Part shown: piece after piece, positions 28,701 through 38,118 of the stretch | Layout: each line of letters begins with the position of its first letter | Numbering within the stretch: the stretch's first letter is position 1 | Source: a virus | Taxonomy: Duplodnaviria; Caudoviricetes | DNA: 42,917 nucleotides | IMG/VR virus record: IMGVR_UViG_3300031848_000010 | Span: 1-42,917 of that record | Direction: 5' to 3' (one strand) | The notes under the pieces: model-generated | What the model saw: the letters and a program-made list of their open reading frames with translations, nothing else | Databases searched by the model: none | Told to the model about the DNA's origin: nothing | Translations under genes and position numbers: made by a program

Positions 28701-30830
28701 ATGGCAGATATTACCGCAGCTCGGTTAAATAATTTACAATCGAGAGTAGCACTTATACTAGGGACTGGAAGCGGCGACAGCGGCTATGGTCAGACGCTTG
28801 CATCATCGCAAGTAGCATCAGATTCAATAGTTTCATCTAGTCACCTTAACAACATCTATACAGATATGGTTAAGTCTAGGATACACCAAGTTGGTGTAGC
28901 TGAAACGGGTATTCGACAAGTTATTGCTAACTTAAATACTATTGCAGAAGATACTAGTGGAACTATAACAGATGCAGGTGTATCTGGAACTGACGTTGAC
29001 GGCACCAAAAAAGGTGTTGCTGACTTTGAAACATTAATGACTGCAATTGAAACAGACAAACTATTAATGCATGCAAGTCAAGCAGCTTTAGAACCTAAGC
29101 TAACAAGCACAAGAACAGCTACTTGGAACGGTCTTATCTATCATATCTTTACGGCAACATTTGCTGATGCTGATGCTAGACGACACTTTTTTAACTCAGG
29201 CGGCGAAATTAGATTAAGTGCAAATAATACTAACCCTAGTACTCCTAAGGGACTAGACTGGGCAGCATTGTGTAGCCAAATAGGTATAGTTAGATTTACA
29301 AGAAGTCAAACCTTTGCAGGTCTTAGCGGACAAGGCTATTATATTGGTGATGACTATATGAGCTCATCTTACCAAACAGTTTATGCTAAAGTTGGCGCTG
29401 GATCATACAGTGGAATTTATGCAGGAAACTTATACACAATTAAAGCTAGAGAAACAAGTTCAAACGTAATTGAATTTAGAATTGAATTTAATGATGTAGT
29501 TGTTGATAACAATGTTGATAACAACGTTGACGGCGCATTAACTAGCACTATACAACAATATAGAGCAGTTGGTGCAAGTAGTATTACCGTAACAAGTCCT
29601 AGCTACTTTACATCTACAGCACTATCAGGATTTAGTGTTCCAGTTAATGTTAACACACCAACATACGTATTAGGCACTACTGCTGCAACTGTTGTTGAAG
29701 GTAACCAAGTAACAATTACGTTAACAACAACCAATGTAGCAAATAACGCATTTGTTCCTTATACTATTACAGGTGTAACTTCTGCAGATATTTCTAATGC
29801 TAGCCTAACTGGTTCGTTGGTAGTGATAGGAAATTCGGCTAGCTTAACATATACAATATCAAGTGACTTGGCAACAGAAGGTACAGAAGTATTAACGTTC
29901 TCTCTAAATAACGGATTATCGACAGTTAGTGTTACAATAACTGATACAAGTGTATCATCAGTACAATACAACTATTCACCACATTGGTATAATGAGTACA
30001 AGGATAATTATCTTTTAAATATTCCATCAGCAACTGCAGCCACACTAGGCGAAGCAATTGCAACCGCATTTTATAATGGAACAGGCACTTTTTTAAATAC
30101 TGCTGGTGAAACTAGATATGCATTGAATAGACGACCTGACGTATCTGGACTAGCTTATTGGACTAGAGAATATTATAATAACTATTATTCAGTATCAGGT
30201 GATTCACCGCAGTTATCAATACCGTTTTATAAGACATTCTTTACTGCGATGGACATTGCAACAAATCCTATTCCGTTTAACGTTGACGGAGTAGCATTAT
30301 CAGGAGTAGCTAACTCCGACTCAGCAAGATCATTACTAGCTACTAAAGCAAGAATTGTCGGTGATGGCTTTGGTGACTTTGGCAATCGAGGAACACTAAG
30401 TGGTGTTGCTCCAACACCAGCTCCGCCAACTGCTGACTTTGCTTATACAGTAACTCCAAACTTTGGTAGTGCTGGAGCTATGAACTTCAACTCAGCCACT
30501 GCAAGTGGCGCATTATCATATAGCTGGACAGTAACTTGTACAGCAGGTTCAGGTAGTGTAACAATTAGAGAACTTACTAGACCAAGTAATATAGCGGTTG
30601 CAGTAGGTAGCGGTGCAGGTGACATTAGTTATAGCTTAAACTATCCAAGTGTTACTACATCTCCAACAGCATCTAAAACATACTTCCTTGGTACAAACCA
30701 AGCTAGAAGCATTCAATTGTATATCCATCCTACATCAACTGGTACATTTACAGGCTCCTTTACATTCTTTGAAGCTTCGGGTGTAGGAAGTACAGTAACT
30801 AAAGGATGGGGCGGCACATTTACTTCTTAA
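28701..30830 (+). CDS. Virion structural protein with appended Ig/Calx-like and DUF4214-like modules
   Basis: N-terminal ~310 aa paralogous to 30882..31826 (AAR.NNL..RV, HQVG, H.SQAALE, RR.FFNSGG.IR, K.LDW, DYMS.SYQT); then VVEGNQVTITLTT...YTITG...DLATEGTEVLTFSL and LNRRPDVSGLAYW. Confidence 0.65.
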   Translation: MADITAARLNNLQSRVALILGTGSGDSGYGQTLASSQVASDSIVSSSHLNNIYTDMVKSRIHQVGVAETGIRQVIANLNTIAEDTSGTITDAGVSGTDVDGTKKGVADFETLMTAIETDKLLMHASQAALEPKLTSTRTATWNGLIYHIFTATFADADARRHFFNSGGEIRLSANNTNPSTPKGLDWAALCSQIGIVRFTRSQTFAGLSGQGYYIGDDYMSSSYQTVYAKVGAGSYSGIYAGNLYTIKARETSSNVIEFRIEFNDVVVDNNVDNNVDGALTSTIQQYRAVGASSITVTSPSYFTSTALSGFSVPVNVNTPTYVLGTTAATVVEGNQVTITLTTTNVANNAFVPYTITGVTSADISNASLTGSLVVIGNSASLTYTISSDLATEGTEVLTFSLNNGLSTVSVTITDTSVSSVQYNYSPHWYNEYKDNYLLNIPSATAATLGEAIATAFYNGTGTFLNTAGETRYALNRRPDVSGLAYWTREYYNNYYSVSGDSPQLSIPFYKTFFTAMDIATNPIPFNVDGVALSGVANSDSARSLLATKARIVGDGFGDFGNRGTLSGVAPTPAPPTADFAYTVTPNFGSAGAMNFNSATASGALSYSWTVTCTAGSGSVTIRELTRPSNIAVAVGSGAGDISYSLNYPSVTTSPTASKTYFLGTNQARSIQLYIHPTSTGTFTGSFTFFEASGVGSTVTKGWGGTFTS

Positions 30831-30843
30831 TCAGTTTATACAA

Positions 30844-30868
30844 ATTTATCGTTCGATAAATAGTACTA
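30844..30868 (+). promoter_or_regulatory. Late-type promoter TAAATA (30857-30862) overlapped by inverted repeat ATTTATCG-TT-CGATAAAT and followed by TAGTACTA
   Basis: Read directly in the 51-bp gap; GAGG SD precedes the ATG at 30882. Confidence 0.65.
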
Positions 30869-30881
30869 GAGAGGTTTATTA

Positions 30882-31826
30882 ATGCCAACAAAAGTACAAG
30901 CAGCACGTTTCAATAATTTAAAAGCAAGAGTAGATAATCTACTCAAGCCTGCTCTTGAAACAAATCGTGCCACTATGGCTTATCGATATGGTTATGGTAT
31001 TGCAATCGATTCAAGTGCAATAGTTTCTGCAGGCAGTCCTAACACAGTTGATGCTTCAGATTACAAAACCCTATACATTAATATTTTAAGAATTCGATAT
31101 CATCAAGTAGGCACAGCAGCGTATACTCCAATTGCCTTCCAAGTCGGCGACTATGCTACTAACACAACAAATACAAACAAAGTTGAAGAAGCTTATCTAG
31201 CAGGGCTTGAGGCACTAGCTTCTGATATGGAAACTGATGCTTTAGTATGTCATCCAAGTCAAGCTGCGTTAGAAATATGTGATATATCAGATACACCGAG
31301 TACTTGGAACGGAACACGTAACCATATTTGGAAAGTAACCTGGCCTAACGCTCAACTACGCCGCGAATATTTTAATTCAGGTGGTCAAATTAGAATTACT
31401 CCATCGATGACTTATAGTGGAAGTGATGGTAAAACTCTTGATTGGAGAAACATGGTTAATGCAATAGGTACTATCTCGTTTGGCTTCAACAGCACTTCTG
31501 CATCAGGCGGAGTCGGGCAAGCGTATGGCGGCATAGGACATGACTATATGTCTGGTTCATACCAAACTGCTTATTACAATTCAGGTGGAGGAGTATACAA
31601 TCCTAACAGATATACATTATATGCTATGGAACTAAGTGATTCTGTACTACAGTTCAAAGTTGAGCTTACGGATCCAGCTTACGGAAACCCAGATGAAAAC
31701 GTAATAGCAATAGTAAACAATCAAGCTGCGTATTTTAGACCAAACGGTACCGCTACAATCGACGGCGTATCAACAACAACAGTAACCCAAATAACTCCCC
31801 TCGCTACTACAGTTTCCTCATTCTAA
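30882..31826 (+). CDS. Virion structural protein, paralogue of the N-terminal part of 28701..30830
   Basis: Shares the motifs listed for the preceding gene; has its own late-type promoter. Confidence 0.65.
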   Translation: MPTKVQAARFNNLKARVDNLLKPALETNRATMAYRYGYGIAIDSSAIVSAGSPNTVDASDYKTLYINILRIRYHQVGTAAYTPIAFQVGDYATNTTNTNKVEEAYLAGLEALASDMETDALVCHPSQAALEICDISDTPSTWNGTRNHIWKVTWPNAQLRREYFNSGGQIRITPSMTYSGSDGKTLDWRNMVNAIGTISFGFNSTSASGGVGQAYGGIGHDYMSGSYQTAYYNSGGGVYNPNRYTLYAMELSDSVLQFKVELTDPAYGNPDENVIAIVNNQAAYFRPNGTATIDGVSTTTVTQITPLATTVSSF

Positions 31827-31828
31827 GG

Positions 31829-31864
31829 TTGACTTCTTCTTAATTTAGTGTTATACTAGTATAA
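31829..31864 (+). promoter_or_regulatory. Sigma70-type promoter TTGACT-17 nt-TATACT with extended -10 (TG), overlapped by perfect palindrome TTATACTAGTATAA
   Basis: -35 TTGACT at 31829-31834, TG at 31849-31850, -10 TATACT at 31852-31857, 17-nt spacer; palindrome at 31851-31864. Confidence 0.8.
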
Positions 31865-31925
31865 AGTCCAGTCTTCAAGCAGATCTCTGGTCTAAGCGAA
31901 TATATAATATTATAGGAGAGAGATT

Positions 31926-32285
31926 ATGGATGAACGGTTAGAAAAGGCATTAGATTTTTCTAATTACATGCTTACACTTAACAATCAAAAGCGATTGCTA
32001 GTAGAAAAATACCAAGAGAACTTGTTGTATTTTTATAACGGGTGTCAGTTTACTGTTACAAAAGAGTTAATTAACTTTGTAAGATTACTACTTGATAATC
32101 ATCAAGATGATGTTGCAGTACTAACAGATGATAATGGTATTCCTACAATTGTTGACGATGTAGAGGCATTTTATGATTCGGTTGTTGATGTATACTTTGT
32201 AGCATCTAACTCGTATCATACAGATTATATGAAATTAAAAAATCAACGAAGTGTAGAAAAGTTAGTTGACTATGCAGAAAAGTAA
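31926..32285 (+). CDS. Hypothetical protein, possibly DUF4376-like tail-fibre-associated protein
   Basis: Strong AGGAG SD. Pattern YNG..F...L...LTDDN..P....D...F...V...Y......K..RSVEKL loosely recalls DUF4376; unverified. Confidence 0.45.
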   Translation: MDERLEKALDFSNYMLTLNNQKRLLVEKYQENLLYFYNGCQFTVTKELINFVRLLLDNHQDDVAVLTDDNGIPTIVDDVEAFYDSVVDVYFVASNSYHTDYMKLKNQRSVEKLVDYAEK

Positions 32286-33129
32286 AGGTGCGTTTTTAAT
32301 TGCAAGGAATAACTCTGAAGTTGACTACGTTAAGCAGGCTGTATTTTTAGCAAAACGCATACGAAAATATCTAGATATACCTACTACTATCTTAACTGAT
32401 GGAGTAGATTATATAAAGAATGAATTTGACGAAAATATATTTGATAGGATTATTCCTTGTAATGCACCACCACAACAAAATCAAAAATTATACTTTGATG
32501 GTGGAATGCATCAGCGACAAGCTACTTTTAATAACAGAACTAGGTCACAAGTATATGATCTTTCTCCGTATGATGAAACATTATTATTAGATACTGATTA
32601 TATTATATCTAATGATTTATTAAAGTCATGTTTTGACTCAGCAGACGATTTTTTAATTTATAAAGATTCAACAGATGTTGCACAAGTAAGAGATGAACAA
32701 GAGTTTAAATATATAAGTGATACTAGTGTACCGTTTTACTGGGCCACTTGTGTATTTTTTAGAAAAACTAATGTTAACAATGTTTACTTTGATCTACTAC
32801 AGCATATAGAAGAAGAATGGGATCATTACAGAAGAGTTTACCAAATAACTTCTTCTTTGTTTAGAAACGATTTTGCATTTAGTATTGCAATACATATTAT
32901 GAACGGCTTTAGTAATGGCACGTTTGCAAAAGAAATGCCCGGCAAAATGATGTACACTACAGACAGAGATATACTTTGGCAAATGAAAGACGATCAGATG
33001 ACGTTTTTGGTAGAAAAGAAAAATTACTTAGGCGAATATACTGCATTAAAAACATCAGGCCAGACAATTCATGTAATGAACAAATACAGTTTAGGAAGAA
33101 TGATTGATTTGGAGACAGCTAATGAGTAA
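32272..33129 (+). CDS. Glycosyltransferase, GT-A fold (GT8-like)
   Basis: R.QVYDLSPYDETLLLDTDY DxD motif, FRNDFAFSIA, HVMNK. Start could be 32266 or 32272. Confidence 0.7.
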   Translation: MQKSKGAFLIARNNSEVDYVKQAVFLAKRIRKYLDIPTTILTDGVDYIKNEFDENIFDRIIPCNAPPQQNQKLYFDGGMHQRQATFNNRTRSQVYDLSPYDETLLLDTDYIISNDLLKSCFDSADDFLIYKDSTDVAQVRDEQEFKYISDTSVPFYWATCVFFRKTNVNNVYFDLLQHIEEEWDHYRRVYQITSSLFRNDFAFSIAIHIMNGFSNGTFAKEMPGKMMYTTDRDILWQMKDDQMTFLVEKKNYLGEYTALKTSGQTIHVMNKYSLGRMIDLETANE

Positions 33130-33967
33130 AGGTATATTAGTATTAGCTCAACATAACGAGCTTGTTAACTATCCAGAACAAGCCGTTGCCCTAGCAATGA
33201 GTTTAAAGGTTACAAATCCTAATACAAAAATTAGTATAGTAACCAACGACACTATTCCAAAAGAATTCCAAAAGTTGTTTGATAAAATTATTCCTATTCC
33301 GTTTGGCGACAGTGCTAAAACGTCTGAATGGAAGATTGAAAACAGATGGAAACTATACCATGCAAGTCCATACGATAAGACTATTGTAATGGACACTGAT
33401 ATGTTAGTGTTGCAAAATATTGATACATGGTGGAAGTTTTTAGAAAATTATAAAATATTTTATACTAGTAAAGTTTATACTTATAGAGGCGATATAGCAG
33501 ATACTAGCTATTACAGAAAAACGTTTCTTGCAAATAAATTGCCTAACTTATTTTCAGGCATACATTACTTTGAAAAGTCGGACGAAGCACAAGAGTTTTA
33601 TGCCTGGTTAGAATTAGTTGTAAATAACTGGCAAGCATATTACGAGATTTTTTTAGAAGGGATAACTAGGCCTAAGCATATGAGCATGGACGTTTGTGCT
33701 TCAATTGTTGCATTAATTTTAGATTGTACTAAGGACATAACTAACCCTACTGTAGAGTTTCCTAGTTTTACTCATATGAAAAAATACTGTCAGGGATGGA
33801 CTGATAGTTCAAGTAATTGGCAAGATAGAGTAGGTTGTTATATTTCAAGAGATTGTAAAATTAAGATAGGCAACTATGAACAAACAGGGGTATTACATTA
33901 TACTGAAAATGATTTTTTAGAAAAATCACCTGTAATGGAAAGATATAGGAATTTAGTAAATGTCTGA
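33122..33967 (+). CDS. Glycosyltransferase, GT-A fold (GT8-like), paralogue of the previous gene
   Basis: NRWKLYHASPYDKTIVMDTDML, FSGIHYF, SMDVC, FTHMK, LHY. Start probably ATG 33122 (MSKGILVLA aligns with SKGAFLIA of the paralogue). Confidence 0.7.
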   Translation: MSKGILVLAQHNELVNYPEQAVALAMSLKVTNPNTKISIVTNDTIPKEFQKLFDKIIPIPFGDSAKTSEWKIENRWKLYHASPYDKTIVMDTDMLVLQNIDTWWKFLENYKIFYTSKVYTYRGDIADTSYYRKTFLANKLPNLFSGIHYFEKSDEAQEFYAWLELVVNNWQAYYEIFLEGITRPKHMSMDVCASIVALILDCTKDITNPTVEFPSFTHMKKYCQGWTDSSSNWQDRVGCYISRDCKIKIGNYEQTGVLHYTENDFLEKSPVMERYRNLVNV

Positions 33968-35306
33968 ATTAGATGATTTAATTAAGTTATTACAAACAGA
34001 AGTAAAGCATTCTCAGTCTAGTTATGTGTACTACAATAACGACACAGGAAGCATAATTCGCATCAGCGGCATTGAACACCCTCTCGATGAAAACGAACTT
34101 GTACTTGAAGTTCCGTATAACATAGCTAGTCCAATTCTATCAGGAGAGAAGCGTACAACAGATTTTATTGTTATGTATGACATGGCATTAAAAGAAAAAG
34201 TTTTAAAAGAAAAGAACTACCAAGATACGCATAAAGAAGCATCGCAGATGTGCTATCAGTTACCTGTAATCAAGAAAAATAGATCAGGACACATGGGAAC
34301 TACAGAAATCTATGACGGTGTAGAAGTTTATATGTGGTTTAAAGATACTGAATATAAAAAAGATAATCTAGTGTGGTACAAAGGTAATGTTTACAAAATA
34401 TTAAAAGAGAATAAACAAGGTAGTGTGTTTAGTAAAAAGAATACAGTGTTATTTGTTGCCGATGTACAACTAACTACATTACCAACTCAATCTATCTCAA
34501 TAACTAGAGTTGTTCCAGAATTTACACAAGAGTATGTAGGAGTACATATTGATATATGGTACCGTGAATTAGAACACTTAAAAGGTCAGCACGTATGGAT
34601 AGGCAACTGTGTATATATGATATTAGAAGACCAGCCAGCTGGCACTGAATTTAATCCTAAAAATGTAGAAATGATAGTATCAAACGTATTATTGTTTAAA
34701 GACGAAAATACAAGTCTTAGTTTTATTACACATATACGAGACGGTGATACGTATTTAGAAAATAATAAGATGTACAGTGCTAGTGTTAAAGAAGAAGAGT
34801 ATAATAAGTCATCTAACGATATAGTATTTTATTCAGGAAAGAGTAATATAATAAAAACTCGAGAAGATGATACATTATTACGCTTTAATACTATTGACCC
34901 AAGTGATTATGCAATACTAAAAATTGATCTAAAATTAATAGATCAACAAGATTTAATAAATGGTAGCAAAGTGTTATTAGGCAAGAAGCTTTACCAAGTA
35001 CAGTTAGACGCAGCGTATGATATTATCGTTACGCAAGATAAGAAGCAGAAATTGTGGACACTAGAATTAAACCCTGCAACACTAACGTATATGCAACTAA
35101 CTAGATCAGATCTTAATGATGTATTGTATTTTAGTATAACAGCCAAGCATGATCCAAACATACTTTATAAGTCACTAAAATTGCCAATGTCGTCATTTGA
35201 GAAAAACTTAGTTATTCCTTTTGATTATGATTCTGAAATGGACGATGTTAGTTTATACACAGCAAAATATTTTGATAGTTATGCACATGAGGTAATAGAA
35301 ATATGA
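33960..35306 (+). CDS. Hypothetical protein with two tandem CBM5/12-like aromatic repeats
   Basis: WFKDTEYKKDNLVWYKGNVY and WYRELEHLKGQHVWIGNCVY repeats; no catalytic motif recognised. Confidence 0.55.
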   Translation: MSELDDLIKLLQTEVKHSQSSYVYYNNDTGSIIRISGIEHPLDENELVLEVPYNIASPILSGEKRTTDFIVMYDMALKEKVLKEKNYQDTHKEASQMCYQLPVIKKNRSGHMGTTEIYDGVEVYMWFKDTEYKKDNLVWYKGNVYKILKENKQGSVFSKKNTVLFVADVQLTTLPTQSISITRVVPEFTQEYVGVHIDIWYRELEHLKGQHVWIGNCVYMILEDQPAGTEFNPKNVEMIVSNVLLFKDENTSLSFITHIRDGDTYLENNKMYSASVKEEEYNKSSNDIVFYSGKSNIIKTREDDTLLRFNTIDPSDYAILKIDLKLIDQQDLINGSKVLLGKKLYQVQLDAAYDIIVTQDKKQKLWTLELNPATLTYMQLTRSDLNDVLYFSITAKHDPNILYKSLKLPMSSFEKNLVIPFDYDSEMDDVSLYTAKYFDSYAHEVIEI

Positions 35307-36226
35307 GTAACACATTTAAGGTAGCAGACTATGATATCATTTATCTAAGCTATGACGAGCCAAACGCAGAAAAAAACTATGCAGATTTGTGTTCAAAAGT
35401 ACCTTGGGCAAAGCGTGTACACGGAGTAGAAGGTAGTGATGCTGCACACAAAGCATGTGCTAAACTTAGTGAAACAGATAGATTCATTACAGTTGATGCT
35501 GATAATATTATTAATGAAAATTTTATTAATCAAGAAATAAATTTTGATGAACATGACGATTTAAAAAATAGCGTAATTAGCTGGGCAGGTTATAATGCTG
35601 TTAATGGACTTATGTATGGTAATGGCGGACTAAAGTGTTGGCCTAAAGATTTTGTTTTAAACATGCGTACACATGAAAATGCAGATGCTAATAATGTACA
35701 TGCACAAGTAGATTTTTGTTGGGATATTAATTACATTCAAATGAATAGTTGCTTTAGTACAGTATATAATAATCATACAGCACAGCAAGCATGGAGAGCA
35801 GGGTTCCGTGAAGGTGTTAAGATGGCACTTGACAGAGGACTACGTGTTAGCAAAGAAGAGTTTGCAAAGCTACATTGGAAAAATTTACATAGGTTGTATG
35901 TTTGGTTAACTGTAGGTAGAGATGCAAAAAACGGGTTGTGGGCAATATATGGTGCTCGTGAAGGCTTATACAAAACTATGGCAACTGAATGGGACTTTGT
36001 AAACGTAAGAGACTTTGAGTACTTAAATAATTACTGGGAACTTCAAGTTGATAAAGATGAGTCAGCACTACTTGATAAAGTTAGAATGTTAGGATCAAAG
36101 TTACTAAATGAATTAGATGTTCCAATTCCGGTTGAGCCGTTTAATCCTGAACAAAGTAAATTTTTTAAAACAGTTTATCAAAACCCTGGAAGAATGCAAC
36201 ACGAATTTATAGACATTGAGAAATAA
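35303..36226 (+). CDS. Glycosyltransferase, GT-A fold (GT2-like)
   Basis: DIIYLSYDEPNA...AHKACA...FITVDADN DxD motif, YGNGGLKCW, AWRAGFREGVKM. Confidence 0.65.
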   Translation: MSNTFKVADYDIIYLSYDEPNAEKNYADLCSKVPWAKRVHGVEGSDAAHKACAKLSETDRFITVDADNIINENFINQEINFDEHDDLKNSVISWAGYNAVNGLMYGNGGLKCWPKDFVLNMRTHENADANNVHAQVDFCWDINYIQMNSCFSTVYNNHTAQQAWRAGFREGVKMALDRGLRVSKEEFAKLHWKNLHRLYVWLTVGRDAKNGLWAIYGAREGLYKTMATEWDFVNVRDFEYLNNYWELQVDKDESALLDKVRMLGSKLLNELDVPIPVEPFNPEQSKFFKTVYQNPGRMQHEFIDIEK

Positions 36227-36227
36227 C

Positions 36228-37448
36228 ATGAAACAGATACCGTTATATTATCGAAACGATTTAGAAGATGACATTAAGTCTTTTAAGTACTGCCCGGGCT
36301 TTCCAAAAAAATATCTAACTTCAGAATACTTCACAGTGCAAGAAGATCCAACTGCGTTTTTTGGTTTGTTTGGAGATCCATTTGATATTATCTTTAAAGA
36401 CAAAGATAATACCGACGAAAACTATTACTTTCCGTTAATTCCTTCGTTATCTCAAATAGATAGTAAAATAGATGAATTTAATATTCCAGATGATGTACAC
36501 CAAGACATAATTAACAAACAATGCAAAATTTTAGTCTTCAATTCTTATGAAGGTTGGGAATGGAGCTGGTGGAAAAAATTAGTATATCCCTTACAGATAA
36601 AATATAACTTATCATTAGACGACTTTGTATTTGTATGTGCAAACAGTCACGATGCACCTGATTTGAGAACTGTATATAATAGCTTTTGGGAAAGACAAAC
36701 TAAGCATGAAGATTTAACTTGGTTAAATGATAGAGGAAACAAACATATATCAGACAAAGCCGCAAGAGAAAACAAATTTATTTGTTTAAATCGCAGACCT
36801 CATGCAGGAAGATTTGCAGGCGTTACTGCATTATATCCTTACATTGATAATGGATGCTTGTCAATGGGAATGAGCGGACAAATGTATGATGGATATTTTG
36901 AAGAGCAACAAGGAATATTCGAAGTAGGTTATCCTGAGCATTATGTAAAATATAAAGAATTGGATATAAGGAATAAACTTCCGATTACAATTGATGACAA
37001 GGTTGATGCCGAACGTCAAAATCCAGTGCATGATTGGTCTATTGATAAATTTTATAATTCGTTCTTACATATTTGTCCTGAAACTTATCAATACTACAGA
37101 CTAGGTAGAACATTCTTTAGTGAAAAAATATTTAAGCCTATGATGTATTTTCAACCTTTTGTAATATTAGGTGAACCAGGAGCATTAAAAGCATTGCAAG
37201 ATATGGGTTACAGAACATTTAGTGATATACTAGATGAAAGTTATGATAATATCCAACACAATGAAGAAAGAATGACAGCAGCTTTAAATTCTGCTATTGC
37301 ATTTTTTGATAGACCTAATGAAGAACTACATGCTGTTATGAGTAGTATTACTAATACACTAACACATAATATTTCAATGTTGTCTTATAGAGCAAATATG
37401 ATGGATTCAAATTTAAAAGAAGAATTAAGGAAACATTTAAATGGGTAA
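36228..37448 (+). CDS. Putative glycosyltransferase (GT-B type, GT10/GT47-like C-terminal signature)
   Basis: KFICLNRRPH..R and PET...FFSEKIFKP...QPFVILG..G.L..L..MGYRTF...LDESYD; ATG 36228 preferred over TTG 36216. Confidence 0.55.
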   Translation: MKQIPLYYRNDLEDDIKSFKYCPGFPKKYLTSEYFTVQEDPTAFFGLFGDPFDIIFKDKDNTDENYYFPLIPSLSQIDSKIDEFNIPDDVHQDIINKQCKILVFNSYEGWEWSWWKKLVYPLQIKYNLSLDDFVFVCANSHDAPDLRTVYNSFWERQTKHEDLTWLNDRGNKHISDKAARENKFICLNRRPHAGRFAGVTALYPYIDNGCLSMGMSGQMYDGYFEEQQGIFEVGYPEHYVKYKELDIRNKLPITIDDKVDAERQNPVHDWSIDKFYNSFLHICPETYQYYRLGRTFFSEKIFKPMMYFQPFVILGEPGALKALQDMGYRTFSDILDESYDNIQHNEERMTAALNSAIAFFDRPNEELHAVMSSITNTLTHNISMLSYRANMMDSNLKEELRKHLNG

Positions 37449-38118
37449 ATTATTTGTGTATGGGTGTAGCTACACGTTTGGTCACGGATTAGCAGATTGC
37501 ACAGCTGATAATGGTCTTGATCCAGGTCCTATTCCGTCAACACAAGGCTGGCCAAACATGATTTCAAAACATACTAACCGTAAAATAGTTAACCGAGGTG
37601 AGCCAGGTGGAAGTAATAAACAAATAGCGTATCGTTTATTAAATAATTCCCCAGATATTACCCCAGATGATGCAGTTATATTACAATGGACATCTCCAAA
37701 TCGTACTATAGTATTACTAAAGGATGACGACCGTTCTAATCACTCGGATGGGTTTAAATTAGGTCCTTGGATGACAAAGAAAGATCTAAAAACTAAAATG
37801 TATTATGCACATGTTCAATCTGACTTTGATGATGTAGTAATGTTAAGCTGGTACATTAATCATACTAATTTAAAATTAAAATCTTTAGGTATTACAAAAA
37901 TATTAAATGTAACAAAAGGCGGCCAAGAATTTAGCGACAAACAATTTGGCAATATCTTAACACAGATGGTAGACAATGATGTATTACTACATCCAATAAC
38001 TGAAGGAATATCTACGCATACAGTTGACAAAGCATTAGACGGCCGGCACCCTGGCCCAATAAGTAATACTAATTATGGAAACTTCTTAATTAAGCTTTAT
38101 GGCGATTATCTAACTTGA
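37441..38118 (+). CDS. SGNH/GDSL-like protein (putative sugar O-acetyl esterase/transferase)
   Basis: N-terminal VYGCSYTFG, then GGSN, QWT..NR and C-terminal DGRHPG, in SGNH block order. Confidence 0.65.
   Translation: MGKLFVYGCSYTFGHGLADCTADNGLDPGPIPSTQGWPNMISKHTNRKIVNRGEPGGSNKQIAYRLLNNSPDITPDDAVILQWTSPNRTIVLLKDDDRSNHSDGFKLGPWMTKKDLKTKMYYAHVQSDFDDVVMLSWYINHTNLKLKSLGITKILNVTKGGQEFSDKQFGNILTQMVDNDVLLHPITEGISTHTVDKALDGRHPGPISNTNYGNFLIKLYGDYLT

Noticed and set aside
23248-31826. Diversity-generating retroelement or invertible fibre cassette
   Set aside because: No reverse transcriptase or invertase, and no near-identical nucleotide repeats were seen; paralogy is evident at the protein level only.
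31868-31890. Weak hairpin (CCAG...CTGG) in the leader of the glycan operon as a riboswitch or terminator
   Set aside because: Short bulged stem, no U-tract and no recognisable RNA family.
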